From Polyangiaceae bacterium (lineage in GTDB: Bacteria > Myxococcota_A > Polyangia > Polyangiales > Polyangiaceae), in NCBI GenBank assembly GCA_033763455.1, contig JANRKO010000007.1, forward strand, positions 1-64,000: 64,000 nucleotides of DNA. The letters run 5' to 3'. The notes beneath the pieces are model-generated. The model had not been told where the DNA came from. It was given only the letters and a program-made list of their open reading frames with translations, and ran no database searches. Made by a program: the position numbers and the translations under genes. Below are positions 50,077 to 59,963 of the stretch, piece by piece (position 1 is the first letter of the stretch; each line of letters starts with the position of its first letter).

Positions 50077-50922
50077 CTAAAAGTCGTCGTAGAAGAGGGG
50101 CTCTCGATTACGCACGTAGCGATAGACGAGCTGGCGTGCCTCAGGAGAGATTTCGGTAAACTGGGCTCCAAAGCCAGGGGGCGATTCGGTGCCTCCCATG
50201 CTGGAGAGTGGCGCCTCGCGCGCCCAGCGCACCACACCGAGGGCCTGGAACTCGTAACCTCCCGGCATGGAAAGGTGGAGCAGCAACGGCTGGCCAACGT
50301 TCGGGATTTGGTAGGTTGCCACAAAGATTCCCCCGGCATCGATAATGTCGTTGCCGGCGAGGCCTTTGTAGAAGTTCGTGGGGCTGTGCGCTCCGAGCTC
50401 CACATTAACCCTGGGTGTGCCTGGGGGAGCGTTCACAGGTGGCAGGGGTGCTGCTGAAACGGAAGCCTGTGGTTGCGCAGCGGGTGCGGCTACTTGTGGA
50501 GACCTTGCTGCGGGCTGAGCTTGTGGCGGCATCGGTGGGGGCGCGGCATAAGCCTGTGGCGGCATCGGTGGGGGCGCGGCATGAGCCTGTGGCGGCATTG
50601 GCGGCGGCGCGGCATGAGCCTGCGAGATCTGGTGGATCAAGTTGAGGGAGCTGGCCACGGCATTGACCGCTTGGGCGGCAGCCGGATGGTTGTGGTTTTG
50701 GAGGGAAGCCAACGCGCGACGTGTGGCGTCGAGTGCGACCGGCGCGAACTGGCCAGCCGAGGCTCCTTGAGACGCTTCAATATTGTGAAGCGCGGACATC
50801 GCTTCGGCGATGGGTTGAGCGGCCTGAATGAGGCCCGGCGGGGCGCCTTGTTGTTGCAGAGCACTGAGGCCCTGCGAAAGATTCTGCCTTGCATGCTGCG
50901 CGGCGCTAACCAGGTTGTTCAT
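50077..50922 (-). CDS. Protein with helical N-terminus, Pro/Ala linker and C-terminal PilZ-like (TIGR02266-like) domain
   Basis: SPTNFYKG...GGIFVATY...GVVRWARE...PGFGAQF...REPLFYD. Confidence 0.78.
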   Translation of the reverse strand: MNNLVSAAQHARQNLSQGLSALQQQGAPPGLIQAAQPIAEAMSALHNIEASQGASAGQFAPVALDATRRALASLQNHNHPAAAQAVNAVASSLNLIHQISQAHAAPPPMPPQAHAAPPPMPPQAYAAPPPMPPQAQPAARSPQVAAPAAQPQASVSAAPLPPVNAPPGTPRVNVELGAHSPTNFYKGLAGNDIIDAGGIFVATYQIPNVGQPLLLHLSMPGGYEFQALGVVRWAREAPLSSMGGTESPPGFGAQFTEISPEARQLVYRYVRNREPLFYDDF

Positions 50923-50990
50923 CGAGAGTGTCCTTGTTGCACGGGCCGAAAAGATCAGTCTAACACCGAAGCGGCCACGTATGTAAAAGC

Positions 50991-51896
50991 CTAAAGCGGG
51001 CCAACGTGCGCGGCAAAGTCGGGGCCGCGGAGTACTTCGCCTACCTCGTCGCCGGCTCCTTCCCCGAGCACGCATTCATCTACTTGGATGGCGCCGTCTG
51101 CGGTTGCGATCACCACGCTGCTCGGTTCTCCCCAAATCACGGCCTCGCCGGCGCGGAGCTCCAGTTTAGGCCGCGCGACCCGGCGTGCGCGTGTAACGAA
51201 AAAGGCGCACCCTTTGATATCGAGTGCCAGGCCGGGTACCGGCGCGAGGGCCCGAATGCGACGCAGTATCCGTTCGGTCGGCCAGCTCCAATCTACAAGG
51301 AGCGCGGTGCCAGTGGGCTCGGGCGCCCAGCTGGCCAATGCTTCCTCTTGGTCCCGGGCGTGAAGGCTGCCGGTCAGGACGCCGGCCGTCGCTTCTGCGA
51401 GGAGCCTGAGCGAGGGGCGATCGAGCGCTCGGGCGAGCTGCCACGAATTGCTCTCACCCAAAGGCACTTTGCACTGCAACAAGATCCGTCCCGTATCATA
51501 CTCAGACGTTAACTCGTGAGCGGTAACTCCAGTCACGACGTCGCCCGCGTCGATGGCGGCGAAAAACGGATTAGGACCTCGATATTTGGGCAACAGCGAA
51601 GGGTGGACGCCGATGGCGCCGAGGCGTGCTTTGGAAATCCAAGCTTGGTGGATCCGACGCGTCCAGAACCAACTGACGATCAGGTCGATCGAGCCCGTGT
51701 CTAAGGCGCGTGCAACGCGCCCGTCAAAGTCCGGCTGATCGACTTCGATAACTTGTTTTTCTCCGAGGCGACGCAGAAGCCTCCGACGACCGAGTTGGGC
51801 CACAGGAGATAGCGCCGCGAACCCGAGCTCGTGCCCAGCAGAAAGCAAGGTGAGCGCTCCCAACGGCAGCCCAAAAAATCCAATACGCCCATGCAC
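50991..51896 (-). CDS. Formyltransferase-family protein (Fmt/ArnA-like)
   Basis: HPSLLPKYRG; TGVTAH; YDTG; Fmt-like C-terminal domain. Confidence 0.82.
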   Translation of the reverse strand: MHGRIGFFGLPLGALTLLSAGHELGFAALSPVAQLGRRRLLRRLGEKQVIEVDQPDFDGRVARALDTGSIDLIVSWFWTRRIHQAWISKARLGAIGVHPSLLPKYRGPNPFFAAIDAGDVVTGVTAHELTSEYDTGRILLQCKVPLGESNSWQLARALDRPSLRLLAEATAGVLTGSLHARDQEEALASWAPEPTGTALLVDWSWPTERILRRIRALAPVPGLALDIKGCAFFVTRARRVARPKLELRAGEAVIWGEPSSVVIATADGAIQVDECVLGEGAGDEVGEVLRGPDFAAHVGPL

Positions 51897-52007
51897 GCCA
51901 CCGCGTTTGCCACAGGGGGGACCTGGGCGCGAAGGAGCTCACTCGATCCTCGGTGGATTCCGCCGAAAACTTGTCGTTTTGAGAGGGAGGCTGGTACTCC
52001 GATACCC

Positions 52008-52796
52008 ATGCAACCCGGCTCGGATCTGCGTGCCTTCGAACCCAAGCTCCGGCAGGGGCACCGTTTCGACGAAGTCGCCCGGGATCGCCCGATCCTGGTT
52101 TTTGAGGATGTTCACAAGGCGTACCGGGCGGACGCTCCGGTCTTGCGTGGGCTCTCCCTTTCGGTGGCTCGCGGGGAATTTGTATTTGTAACGGGCCCCT
52201 CGGGTGCTGGTAAAAGCACGTTACTGCGCTTGCTCTACGGGGCTGAGAGCGCGGATTCAGGCCGCATTCTATTTATGGGCCGAGATATTGGGCGGCTTCT
52301 GCCAAGCTCGATCCCCTACCTGCGGCGGAACCTCGGGATCGTATTTCAGGACTTCAAGCTCGTGAAAAACTGGAGTGTGATCGACAATGTTGCTCTATCG
52401 CTTGAGGTGGTTGGGTTGCCTCCGCGCTTGATACGGGGGCGCGTGGGCGAGGCCTTGGAGCGCGTGGGGCTTGGCGGGCGCGGTGCGGATAGAGTGGAGT
52501 CGCTTTCGGGTGGGGAGCAGCAGCGTGTAGCCATTGCGCGCGCGATTGTGTCGGAGCCCGCACTTTTGCTTGCGGACGAACCGACGGGCAATCTCGATCC
52601 GCAGCTGGCGTTAGATATTCTTGGTTTGTTGGGTGATATCAACGAAACGGGCGTCACCGTGATCTTTGCTACCCACGATCGATCGCTTTTGGACGTTCGG
52701 CCGCGGCGTGTAGTGGTGCTCGATGAAGGCCGCATGACGGATGTGCCCTACGGGCTCTCAGACTTCGAGAGCTTAGCCGGACGGCAGGTGGCCTGA
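52008..52796 (+). CDS. ftsE: Cell division ATP-binding protein FtsE
   Basis: GPSGAGKSTLL; IPYLRR.LGIVFQDFKL; LSGGEQQRVAIARA; DEPTGNLDP. Confidence 0.93.
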   Translation: MQPGSDLRAFEPKLRQGHRFDEVARDRPILVFEDVHKAYRADAPVLRGLSLSVARGEFVFVTGPSGAGKSTLLRLLYGAESADSGRILFMGRDIGRLLPSSIPYLRRNLGIVFQDFKLVKNWSVIDNVALSLEVVGLPPRLIRGRVGEALERVGLGGRGADRVESLSGGEQQRVAIARAIVSEPALLLADEPTGNLDPQLALDILGLLGDINETGVTVIFATHDRSLLDVRPRRVVVLDEGRMTDVPYGLSDFESLAGRQVA

Positions 52797-52797
52797 C

Positions 52798-53661
52798 ATG
52801 ACAGTGTTCGAACGCGCGTGGCGCGGGGCCCGTAACGATTTCCGTCTCTATCTTCTCAGCACTTTTTCAGTCGCGGTTGCATTCATTTGTCTGGGAGCCT
52901 CGCTCCTTACGGTATTCAACGTGCAGGCGTTGAAGGGGCGGTGGGAAAACACTGGCCGGCTCTCGGTCTACCTGAAGCCCGGAACCTTGCCTGAAGAGAT
53001 GGAAAGCATTCGGGCGGCGCTCCAGAAATCCTCCGGCGTGTCGGAAATTCGCTACCTTACCGCCAAAGATGCGAGGGCTGAGCTTCTGAGTACCACGCGC
53101 GATCCGCTGTTCGATTCGCTCGCGGAAGAGGCTTTTCCGGAGTCGCTCGAAGTGTCCCTCACGGACGGTGTTGCTCGCGTCGAGAAGATTGCGCTTCAGC
53201 TGCGCGCGCTTTCGGCTGTGGAATCCGTAGAGACCTACACTAGCTGGGCAGGTCGTTTGGGGCAGCTCATTGCCGGCGGGATAACGGCGACGGCTCTGCT
53301 CGCCCTCGTGATCTTCGGCGCTGTGGTTGCGGTGGTTTCGTCTACCGTGCGGCTGAGCTTAGAACGCAGGCGAATGGAGATCGACGCGTTGCGTCTGGTG
53401 GGTGCCACGGGAAGCTACGTGAGGAGGCCGTTCGTGATCGAAGGAGCCGCCTTGGGAGCTCTGGGTGCCACGTTCGCTATTGCGATCCTGGGCGTCTTGT
53501 TTTTTGTCGTGGTGCAACGCTTCGACGTGCAGCTCGGCACACTGCTCGGCATATCTCCGATGTTCTTGCCCGTTTGGGCCATGTTCAGCATGGTTTGCGG
53601 CGGTGGGCTCTTGGGGGCAATTGCAGCTGCAGGCAGCCTCCGCAAGCTCTCGGTGATATGA
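52798..53661 (+). CDS. ftsX: Cell division permease FtsX
   Basis: 1+3 TM layout; RRMEI...LVGAT..YVRRPFVIEG; follows ftsE. Confidence 0.92.
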   Translation: MTVFERAWRGARNDFRLYLLSTFSVAVAFICLGASLLTVFNVQALKGRWENTGRLSVYLKPGTLPEEMESIRAALQKSSGVSEIRYLTAKDARAELLSTTRDPLFDSLAEEAFPESLEVSLTDGVARVEKIALQLRALSAVESVETYTSWAGRLGQLIAGGITATALLALVIFGAVVAVVSSTVRLSLERRRMEIDALRLVGATGSYVRRPFVIEGAALGALGATFAIAILGVLFFVVVQRFDVQLGTLLGISPMFLPVWAMFSMVCGGGLLGAIAAAGSLRKLSVI

Positions 53662-54608
53662 TGCGCCGGAGTCGCGCAAAGCTTTTGCTCCTGGTAGCCC
53701 TCGTTTCGGGTCGCGCGCTCGCGATGGATGGTTCGCCGTCGGACCCACCTCTTGGCGACGTGGTGCGAAGCATCACGGCTCTCAGGCTGGATGAAGAACG
53801 CGCACTTGAGCGACTCAAAGAGCTCAATATCATCCAGAAAGAGGCGCATATTCGCGCAACCGAGCAGGCTAAAGTCTACGTGCGTTTGGTGCGGGTGGGT
53901 CTTTTGCCGCTCAGCGGAGGCTTCGAACAGCTCCTACACCACGCACAGACTCTGGAGCGTCTGAGGCACGCCATTGAGCGGGATTTGAAGCGCGAAGATG
54001 ATAGTGTGAGCGAACGGATTAAGGTGTCTCAGCGCCTAGCCGAGATCTCCAGTCAACGTGCTAAGTACGCTGGGCAGGAGGGTGCACTTCGGGCGGCGGA
54101 AGGGTCGCTTCTGGCCGCTCGCGATAGAGAGGCTTCCTTCCAGCGAGCATTTGGTGACGGCGCGCACACCGCGACAGTTTACGGTTCACCCAATGCCGAA
54201 CCGTTGGATCCTTCGGATCTGAGTCGAGGCTTCGAAGTGATGCAGGGCCGCTTGCCGTTTCCGATTGGCGGTCGAAGTGAAATTGCGCCAGCTGTGCGCG
54301 AGCAAGGCGAACGCCATGGCCTTGAGATGAGTGCGCACTTGGGCGCCTCCGTGCGAGCTGTGTACCCGGGGCGTGTCGTATTCGCGGACACCTACGCCGA
54401 CTATGGGCGCACCGTTATCGTGGATCACGGCGGCTCCTACTTCAGCGTGAGTGCCAATCTGGGACGCCTGGATGTGCGCGTGGGTGAGCAGGTGTCCACG
54501 GGCACACGCCTCGGTACCGTGGGTGCTTCGGAGCGAGGAGCGCTCTTGTACTTCGAACTGCGGCGCTCAGGTGTGGACCTGGATCCCGCACGTTGGTTCG
54601 GTATTTAG
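53658..54608 (+). CDS. envC: Murein hydrolase activator EnvC-like (coiled coil plus degenerate M23 domain)
   Basis: GRVVFAD...YGRTVIVDHG...LYFELR; zinc ligands degenerate; follows ftsEX. Confidence 0.82.
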   Translation: MMRRSRAKLLLLVALVSGRALAMDGSPSDPPLGDVVRSITALRLDEERALERLKELNIIQKEAHIRATEQAKVYVRLVRVGLLPLSGGFEQLLHHAQTLERLRHAIERDLKREDDSVSERIKVSQRLAEISSQRAKYAGQEGALRAAEGSLLAARDREASFQRAFGDGAHTATVYGSPNAEPLDPSDLSRGFEVMQGRLPFPIGGRSEIAPAVREQGERHGLEMSAHLGASVRAVYPGRVVFADTYADYGRTVIVDHGGSYFSVSANLGRLDVRVGEQVSTGTRLGTVGASERGALLYFELRRSGVDLDPARWFGI

Positions 54609-54811
54609 GCCGAATGGCGTCACTGGGGCGCCCTGGTTTGGGGTGTCGGTGGACACCAGCAATGGCACCCCGCGGGTAGGCGGAGTCTTGGCAAGTGCGA
54701 CTAATCTTCGCGCGCCCACTACATTCACCTAGAGGCCGCCGCCCTGGCGCCGTTGTCCAATACCGAGGCGACCGAGCGTTTGCTGCTCGGCGTTTTCGCG
54801 GCGAACCACTC

Positions 54812-55915
54812 ATGGAACTCCACAGACTGTCGAAATCGCGCACTGCCCTACTGATGATACTTGCGCTATCGGCAACCTCTACCGCCTTGGCCCAGAGCGC
54901 CAAGCAGAAACGCAGCTTCTCGCGTTCGCGATCGATGCCCCCCCCCACGGCGCAGTTCCCGACCGTCGCCGCGAAAGCAGAAGCTCCGCGCGCTCGACAT
55001 GCTCCGGTTCCAGAGGCTCCGCGCGCTCGACCAGCTCCGGTTCCAGAAGCTCCCCGCGCGCGACCAGCCCCCGCGCCAGCGGCACCTCAAGCAGTGCGCC
55101 CCCCTCCAACTCTACCCGCCCCGGCCCCAGTTGCTGTGCGTCCGGCAGTAGCTCCACAGGTCACCCCGCAGAAACCAGCAGTGGCGCCCGTGCTAGCCTA
55201 CACACCTCCACAAGCACCACCGCCTTCCGCTTATCAGTGGACCGGAACACCCCGCACCCCTGGTGCTCCCCCCGCCCCGCGGTGGACCCCGCCTCAGCCA
55301 GGCCCAGACGCAACCACGAGCAAGCCGACCGGAGGCGCGTGGCAAAACACGACCTTGGCACCGTATCGAGCGGCGCCTGGCTATACTGCGGCTTATGGCG
55401 GCGGATACCTACCAGCTTCAGCCGGCAATAGCGTTCCCTCGTTTCAGTTCATGCCCGCGGTATTGCCCTACCGTGATGGGCAACCCGTGGATCCCATGTA
55501 CCGTAAAGAGAGCAGCGGAAACACCGGGCTCATTGTGGGCGGCACATTAACGTTTTTGGCTTCGTATGGCGCGGCGATAGGTTACGGTGCCAAGCAAGAC
55601 TGGGAGAACGGTTTGAAGTGGAACCGCCTTCCCGTGGCTGGCCCTTTCATCGCAATAGGTAAGCGTGATTTTGGCTGCAAGATCGATCAACCAGACCTTG
55701 ATGTTGCCAACAAATGCATGGACGACGCGATGGGCGAAGTCACAGCAGTGGCAATTTTGGCGGTGGACGGTTTGATTCAAACGATCGGCGCGACCCTTCT
55801 GGTAGCTGGGGTTCTGGATCGCGATACCATGTTGGTTAGAAACGACGTGGCCAGTGTCTCGGTGCGGCGCGTTGGTAAAGACGGCTACGGCCTGAATGTC
55901 CGACGGCAGTTCTAG
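54812..55915 (+). CDS. Hypothetical secreted or membrane protein with Pro/Ala-rich N-terminus
   Basis: Signal peptide; EAPRARPAPVP repeats; PVAGPF hydrophobic hairpin; terminal Phe. Confidence 0.65.
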   Translation: MELHRLSKSRTALLMILALSATSTALAQSAKQKRSFSRSRSMPPPTAQFPTVAAKAEAPRARHAPVPEAPRARPAPVPEAPRARPAPAPAAPQAVRPPPTLPAPAPVAVRPAVAPQVTPQKPAVAPVLAYTPPQAPPPSAYQWTGTPRTPGAPPAPRWTPPQPGPDATTSKPTGGAWQNTTLAPYRAAPGYTAAYGGGYLPASAGNSVPSFQFMPAVLPYRDGQPVDPMYRKESSGNTGLIVGGTLTFLASYGAAIGYGAKQDWENGLKWNRLPVAGPFIAIGKRDFGCKIDQPDLDVANKCMDDAMGEVTAVAILAVDGLIQTIGATLLVAGVLDRDTMLVRNDVASVSVRRVGKDGYGLNVRRQF

Positions 55916-55973
55916 TTCAATCGCAGCAACGGCAGAACGCTGGGTTCGCCCTTTCTCGCACGTGCTTTGAGCT

Positions 55974-57020
55974 TTGCGGTCGGTTGGGTGCTATGGGCAG
56001 CGGGTGACGCAAAGTAGCCCGCCGGTTCGCCCTTCTGCATCTCCTCCGGGATCGATGGAGGACGATCCTCCGGGATCGATGGAGGACGAGAAGAAAGAAG
56101 CGCTAAAAAAGCTCGTTTACGGCGCCATTGCGCTCGGCTTGGCGCTTGCCTACTGGGTGTTTAGAGACGGCGCCCGAGTAGGCACGGGTGCGTTTTTCGT
56201 GCTTGGCCTAGCTTTGTTGTGGGCTGGCAGCTCGTTCATTACTTGGTGGCGCCTGCGGAATTTCAAGCAAGTGGCCTTATCTTCTGAACTTGCCCTAGCG
56301 GAAGCTCACCTACGGCAGGTCGCGCGCGTGCAACGGCATGAGCGGTTGCTCGCTCTGCGCAGGCCGTACTTTACCTACGCACTTATTGCGTGCATCTCGG
56401 CACCATCGGCCGCGCAACTTCTGGCCAGCGGTGATTCGATCGAAGCGGCAGGCCTCGTGAAGAACCTGGTGCGAGACGGTGAGTGGTGGCGCATGCTCAC
56501 GGGCACTTATCTGCACGGTGGCCCTCTCCATTTCTGGATGAACATGTCCGCGCTTCGCGCGTTCGGCGCCGTTATCGAGGCCTACTCTCCACGCACGCGC
56601 TTGCCGCTCGTATATCTTGCTTCGGCTTTGGCGGGGAGCCTCGCCAGCTTCTTGTTGTTGCCGAATGCGTCCTCTGTGGGTGCGTCGGGCGGGCTCCTGG
56701 GATTGGTGGGGTATCTGATGCTCTCAGCATGGAAGCGTCCGAATGAGGTGCCGCCGTGGCTCAAACGGGGGGCGCTTCTCACTCTTGGGTTAACGGCATA
56801 TCTCGGCGCTTTTGGTGCCGGGTTCATCGATAACGCAGCTCATGCAGGGGGAGCCCTCATGGGGGTTCTCCTCGCTCTCCTTGCGGTAGACAGGGAGTCT
56901 CACACCCAAGGTCCGCTCAAGCGCGCCGTGCTTGAGGCCATGGGGTGGGCATCTGTAGTCGTGCTTTTGGTGGGGGCGGTGTTGAGCGTGCTCCTAGTTT
57001 TGGGCTTCTTTCGCCCGTAA
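55974..57020 (+). CDS. Rhomboid intramembrane serine protease
   Basis: GEWWR; HFWMN; GASG; NAAHAGG. Start uncertain. Confidence 0.92.
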   Translation: MRSVGCYGQRVTQSSPPVRPSASPPGSMEDDPPGSMEDEKKEALKKLVYGAIALGLALAYWVFRDGARVGTGAFFVLGLALLWAGSSFITWWRLRNFKQVALSSELALAEAHLRQVARVQRHERLLALRRPYFTYALIACISAPSAAQLLASGDSIEAAGLVKNLVRDGEWWRMLTGTYLHGGPLHFWMNMSALRAFGAVIEAYSPRTRLPLVYLASALAGSLASFLLLPNASSVGASGGLLGLVGYLMLSAWKRPNEVPPWLKRGALLTLGLTAYLGAFGAGFIDNAAHAGGALMGVLLALLAVDRESHTQGPLKRAVLEAMGWASVVVLLVGAVLSVLLVLGFFRP

Positions 57021-57173
57021 AACTCGGCAAAGAGCATTCAAGATGTTGGTTTTCCGCAACTGGGCCGCGGCCACGCCGAAGAGTGGTGATGCCAGGGGAG
57101 ATTCATGAGTCATAGTGCCAAGCCAAGCCTTCCCCGTTTCCCATGGCCCCCCAGCTGGAGTACGCTCTAAAAC

Positions 57174-57518
57174 ATGGCCATCGACGGAATTGGACGACCC
57201 CGCGTGGGTAACCTTCCTGCTCCTTCTGCCGAAGAGGTCGCAAGTGGTACAGCTGCTAGCGGGGCGCGTGGGCCCGAAAAGTTGGCGGCGAGCTCGGTGC
57301 AGGCTCCGGAGCTTTCCGCCCTTGAGCGTGGAGAGCTAACGGTGGATCAATATTTGGATCGCCAAGTGGAGGTAGCCGCCCAACATCTTGAAGGGCGCCT
57401 TTCCGGGGATCAATTGGCGTTCGTGAAAGAGAGTCTTCGCTCGGCTTTGCAGGAGGACCCAGTGCTCATGGATCTAGTGCGGCGGGTCACCAGTGGTATC
57501 GCAGGCGAATTGAAGTAA
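57174..57518 (+). CDS. Hypothetical protein
   Basis: 114 aa; helical C-terminus; TACGCT 7 nt before ATG. Confidence 0.7.
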   Translation: MAIDGIGRPRVGNLPAPSAEEVASGTAASGARGPEKLAASSVQAPELSALERGELTVDQYLDRQVEVAAQHLEGRLSGDQLAFVKESLRSALQEDPVLMDLVRRVTSGIAGELK

Positions 57519-57530
57519 GGTCGCCAGCGC

Positions 57531-59963
57531 TTGGTGACGGTCAGCCCCTCCCTTTTGGGTTCCGTTGTCCGTTTGGATAGGGCCCGAGATGTTAATCCTC
57601 GGCAACTCGGTGTTCGCGCGCGGGGGCTCCTCTCTCTGCCTCGCCTGGGCCTGCCGTTACCTCACGCGTACGTGGTGTGCACCGAAGTGTTGAGTACTGC
57701 TATTTCCGAGCTGCTGCCAAAGGGGCATGAACCTTCGGCGCTCTTGAGCCATTGGGATAGACAGAAGAGCGTTGAACGCGCGGCGCGAGCGCGCTCTCGA
57801 CTGCTGGAGGAAGGTGTTGCATGGGCCAATCGGGCTTTGGCGGCGTTACCGCCTGACTTCGAAGCAGCACCGGGCCTTGCGTTTATCGCGAGCCCTGAGC
57901 TCTCCCACCCGAGCCACGCCGAGGCTGCCGGACTACTGAAAACCTGGTTTTGGGGTGCGAACACTGCTGAGCCTCTAGCCAAAAGCCGAGAGTTGGCTCT
58001 GTTGAATGTGTGGGCACTTTCGTGTGACGACACCGCGCTTAGGATGTTAGCCAGAAAGGGCGTGCGTAGCCTTGAAATGGCGGTGCTAGTTGTTCACCTC
58101 GGGCACATAGCTCCCGGGTGCACCACCAGCCTCTCGGGGCGTCTTTTTATTGATGAAGCGTCGCAAGGACGCAGCGAGAACGGCACCCCGCATTTCCCTG
58201 TTCGTGGAAGTCTACAAGCCTTCAGCGAGCCCGGCCTCCGGGAGCCTACGGAGCTTCACCGCATTTCGGCCAGCGGGAAGTTGCTCGCCGCAGAAACCTG
58301 TGACTGGTTTCAGCCCGCGGAGGGCGGCCTTGAGCTCGAGGTTCAGTTGGCGTGGTTTGGCCAATCTCCGGTCGCCGGCCCCATTGTGGTTTGCGAGGCG
58401 CGGCCTCCGAAAGCGAAATCGAAGCTGAAATTCAGGACCCGGCGCGCCCCGGCTAGCCCCGTATTCTTACACGGGCTGGGAGATATGGCTGGGAACCCCA
58501 CGCCATTTACCCTTTCCCTACTGCGCGGGATTGGTGCTTCCGATCTTGCAAAGCTCGGCCATGGCCGCGAATGGGAATTCCCAAGAGCCGGCGTACTCTT
58601 TGACGTTCGAAAGGGAGACGTGGTTGCTCATTGGAAGCTGTTAGAATCGGGGCTTGGTGGGGAATTTACAGACGCTACGCTCACCACATTAGGGCTGCCA
58701 CCAGGCACCAACGTTGAACGTGGGCTCCGAGGTTCGGGGCCGAGCGCCCTAGCTGTACAAGCCGGGCGGTTTCAAAGACGTTTGACTTGGCTGAAGGCTG
58801 CTGTTGCGGAGCTGAAGGCCGAATTGGATCCATATTTTGCGGCTTTTCGCGAGCTCGATTTGGGTATTCTTCCCACCGACGCTACCACCACTACTCTGCG
58901 AGAGACGCGTTTCTACTTCTTGCAGGCACTGCGCCTTTGGATATTGTCGGAACTTACAGTGTTGTTGGGTTCGGGGACACTGCACGCCTGGCTCAGCTCG
59001 CACTTGCCGGCCAAGAGCGTGCCCATGGCCCTGAGCGCTGCGAGCCTTCCCCCAGATCTTTTGCCGTACACGCGTGCTGCGCTCGACCGAAATCTGCTTT
59101 CAAGCTCGGATTGGATCGAGCGGTGGGGATACTTGCCGATGCAATCCTTGGAACTTGGTGAGGCGCGCTGGGAGGAGGCCCAAGGTGCTCTTCGTTCAGA
59201 CTCGAATCTCGATCCATCACCGCCCAGCGTGCGTCGTGCTAGCCCTGACCCGGTATATGGTTCCGCTGCACTCCTGGAAGCCCAGCGCCTTCTGGGTGAC
59301 CGCGTGCTCGGTGAGGTGGAAAGGTCGCTCAGTCGTCCGAACCGTTGGCTCTTTGCACGCTCGCTTCACTCGCTGCGCGAAGCTGTGGTGCAACAAGGTG
59401 TGCTGAGTGACGAGCTGGCCCGCGCCTCGTGGATGTTGCGGCGGACGCTGCTCGATGTGGATCGGCGCCTGCGCCGCTTGGATTCACGGCTCGCGCCGGG
59501 CTCGGCGTTCTTTTGTACTTTTCGCGAGCTACTGGCGGCGGTCGCCGAATCTCACACGGATCTAGGTCAAATAGTGGAGATGCGAAAGGCTCGCGCTATT
59601 GCCGATAACCGGGAAAGGCCTAGGTCGTCTGAGGTAGGGCTTAGCGGTGGCACCTGGGTTGGTGTTGGCATGGGTGTGCTCAAAGTGCGTGGGCGCCCCG
59701 TTCTCGTCACACGCGAAACATTCGACAATCTTCCCGCCGACACCATCGGAGTTGTGACTGGGTTTGCTCCTTGGCTAAGCTTGGCATTGCCCAAGTGTGC
59801 GGGCTGGGTCGTTCTGAGTGCGCGCGCGTTCTCTAGCTCCTGGTTCACTGCCGGACAGCTGGGTGTACCGCTAATATCGTTGCCGGATGGCTCCGCGGAG
59901 GCGCTTCTCAAGTTCTCACAAGTGGAGCTAGATCCGCAGCAAGGCCTGGTGCGCGGGTGGTAA
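57531..59963 (+). CDS. Degenerate PEP-synthase/rifampicin-phosphotransferase-like protein (ATP-grasp-like N-terminus, swivel-domain-like C-terminus)
   Basis: LGVRARGL...GLPLPHAYVVCT resembles GGKA..L...GLPVP.GF; C-terminal VRGRPVLV...APW...AGWVV...FSSSWFTAGQLGVP. Confidence 0.6.
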   Translation: MVTVSPSLLGSVVRLDRARDVNPRQLGVRARGLLSLPRLGLPLPHAYVVCTEVLSTAISELLPKGHEPSALLSHWDRQKSVERAARARSRLLEEGVAWANRALAALPPDFEAAPGLAFIASPELSHPSHAEAAGLLKTWFWGANTAEPLAKSRELALLNVWALSCDDTALRMLARKGVRSLEMAVLVVHLGHIAPGCTTSLSGRLFIDEASQGRSENGTPHFPVRGSLQAFSEPGLREPTELHRISASGKLLAAETCDWFQPAEGGLELEVQLAWFGQSPVAGPIVVCEARPPKAKSKLKFRTRRAPASPVFLHGLGDMAGNPTPFTLSLLRGIGASDLAKLGHGREWEFPRAGVLFDVRKGDVVAHWKLLESGLGGEFTDATLTTLGLPPGTNVERGLRGSGPSALAVQAGRFQRRLTWLKAAVAELKAELDPYFAAFRELDLGILPTDATTTTLRETRFYFLQALRLWILSELTVLLGSGTLHAWLSSHLPAKSVPMALSAASLPPDLLPYTRAALDRNLLSSSDWIERWGYLPMQSLELGEARWEEAQGALRSDSNLDPSPPSVRRASPDPVYGSAALLEAQRLLGDRVLGEVERSLSRPNRWLFARSLHSLREAVVQQGVLSDELARASWMLRRTLLDVDRRLRRLDSRLAPGSAFFCTFRELLAAVAESHTDLGQIVEMRKARAIADNRERPRSSEVGLSGGTWVGVGMGVLKVRGRPVLVTRETFDNLPADTIGVVTGFAPWLSLALPKCAGWVVLSARAFSSSWFTAGQLGVPLISLPDGSAEALLKFSQVELDPQQGLVRGW

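Noticed and set aside
53658..54608. Degenerate M23 active site as a novelty
   Set aside because: Loss of zinc ligands is the known state of EnvC-type activators
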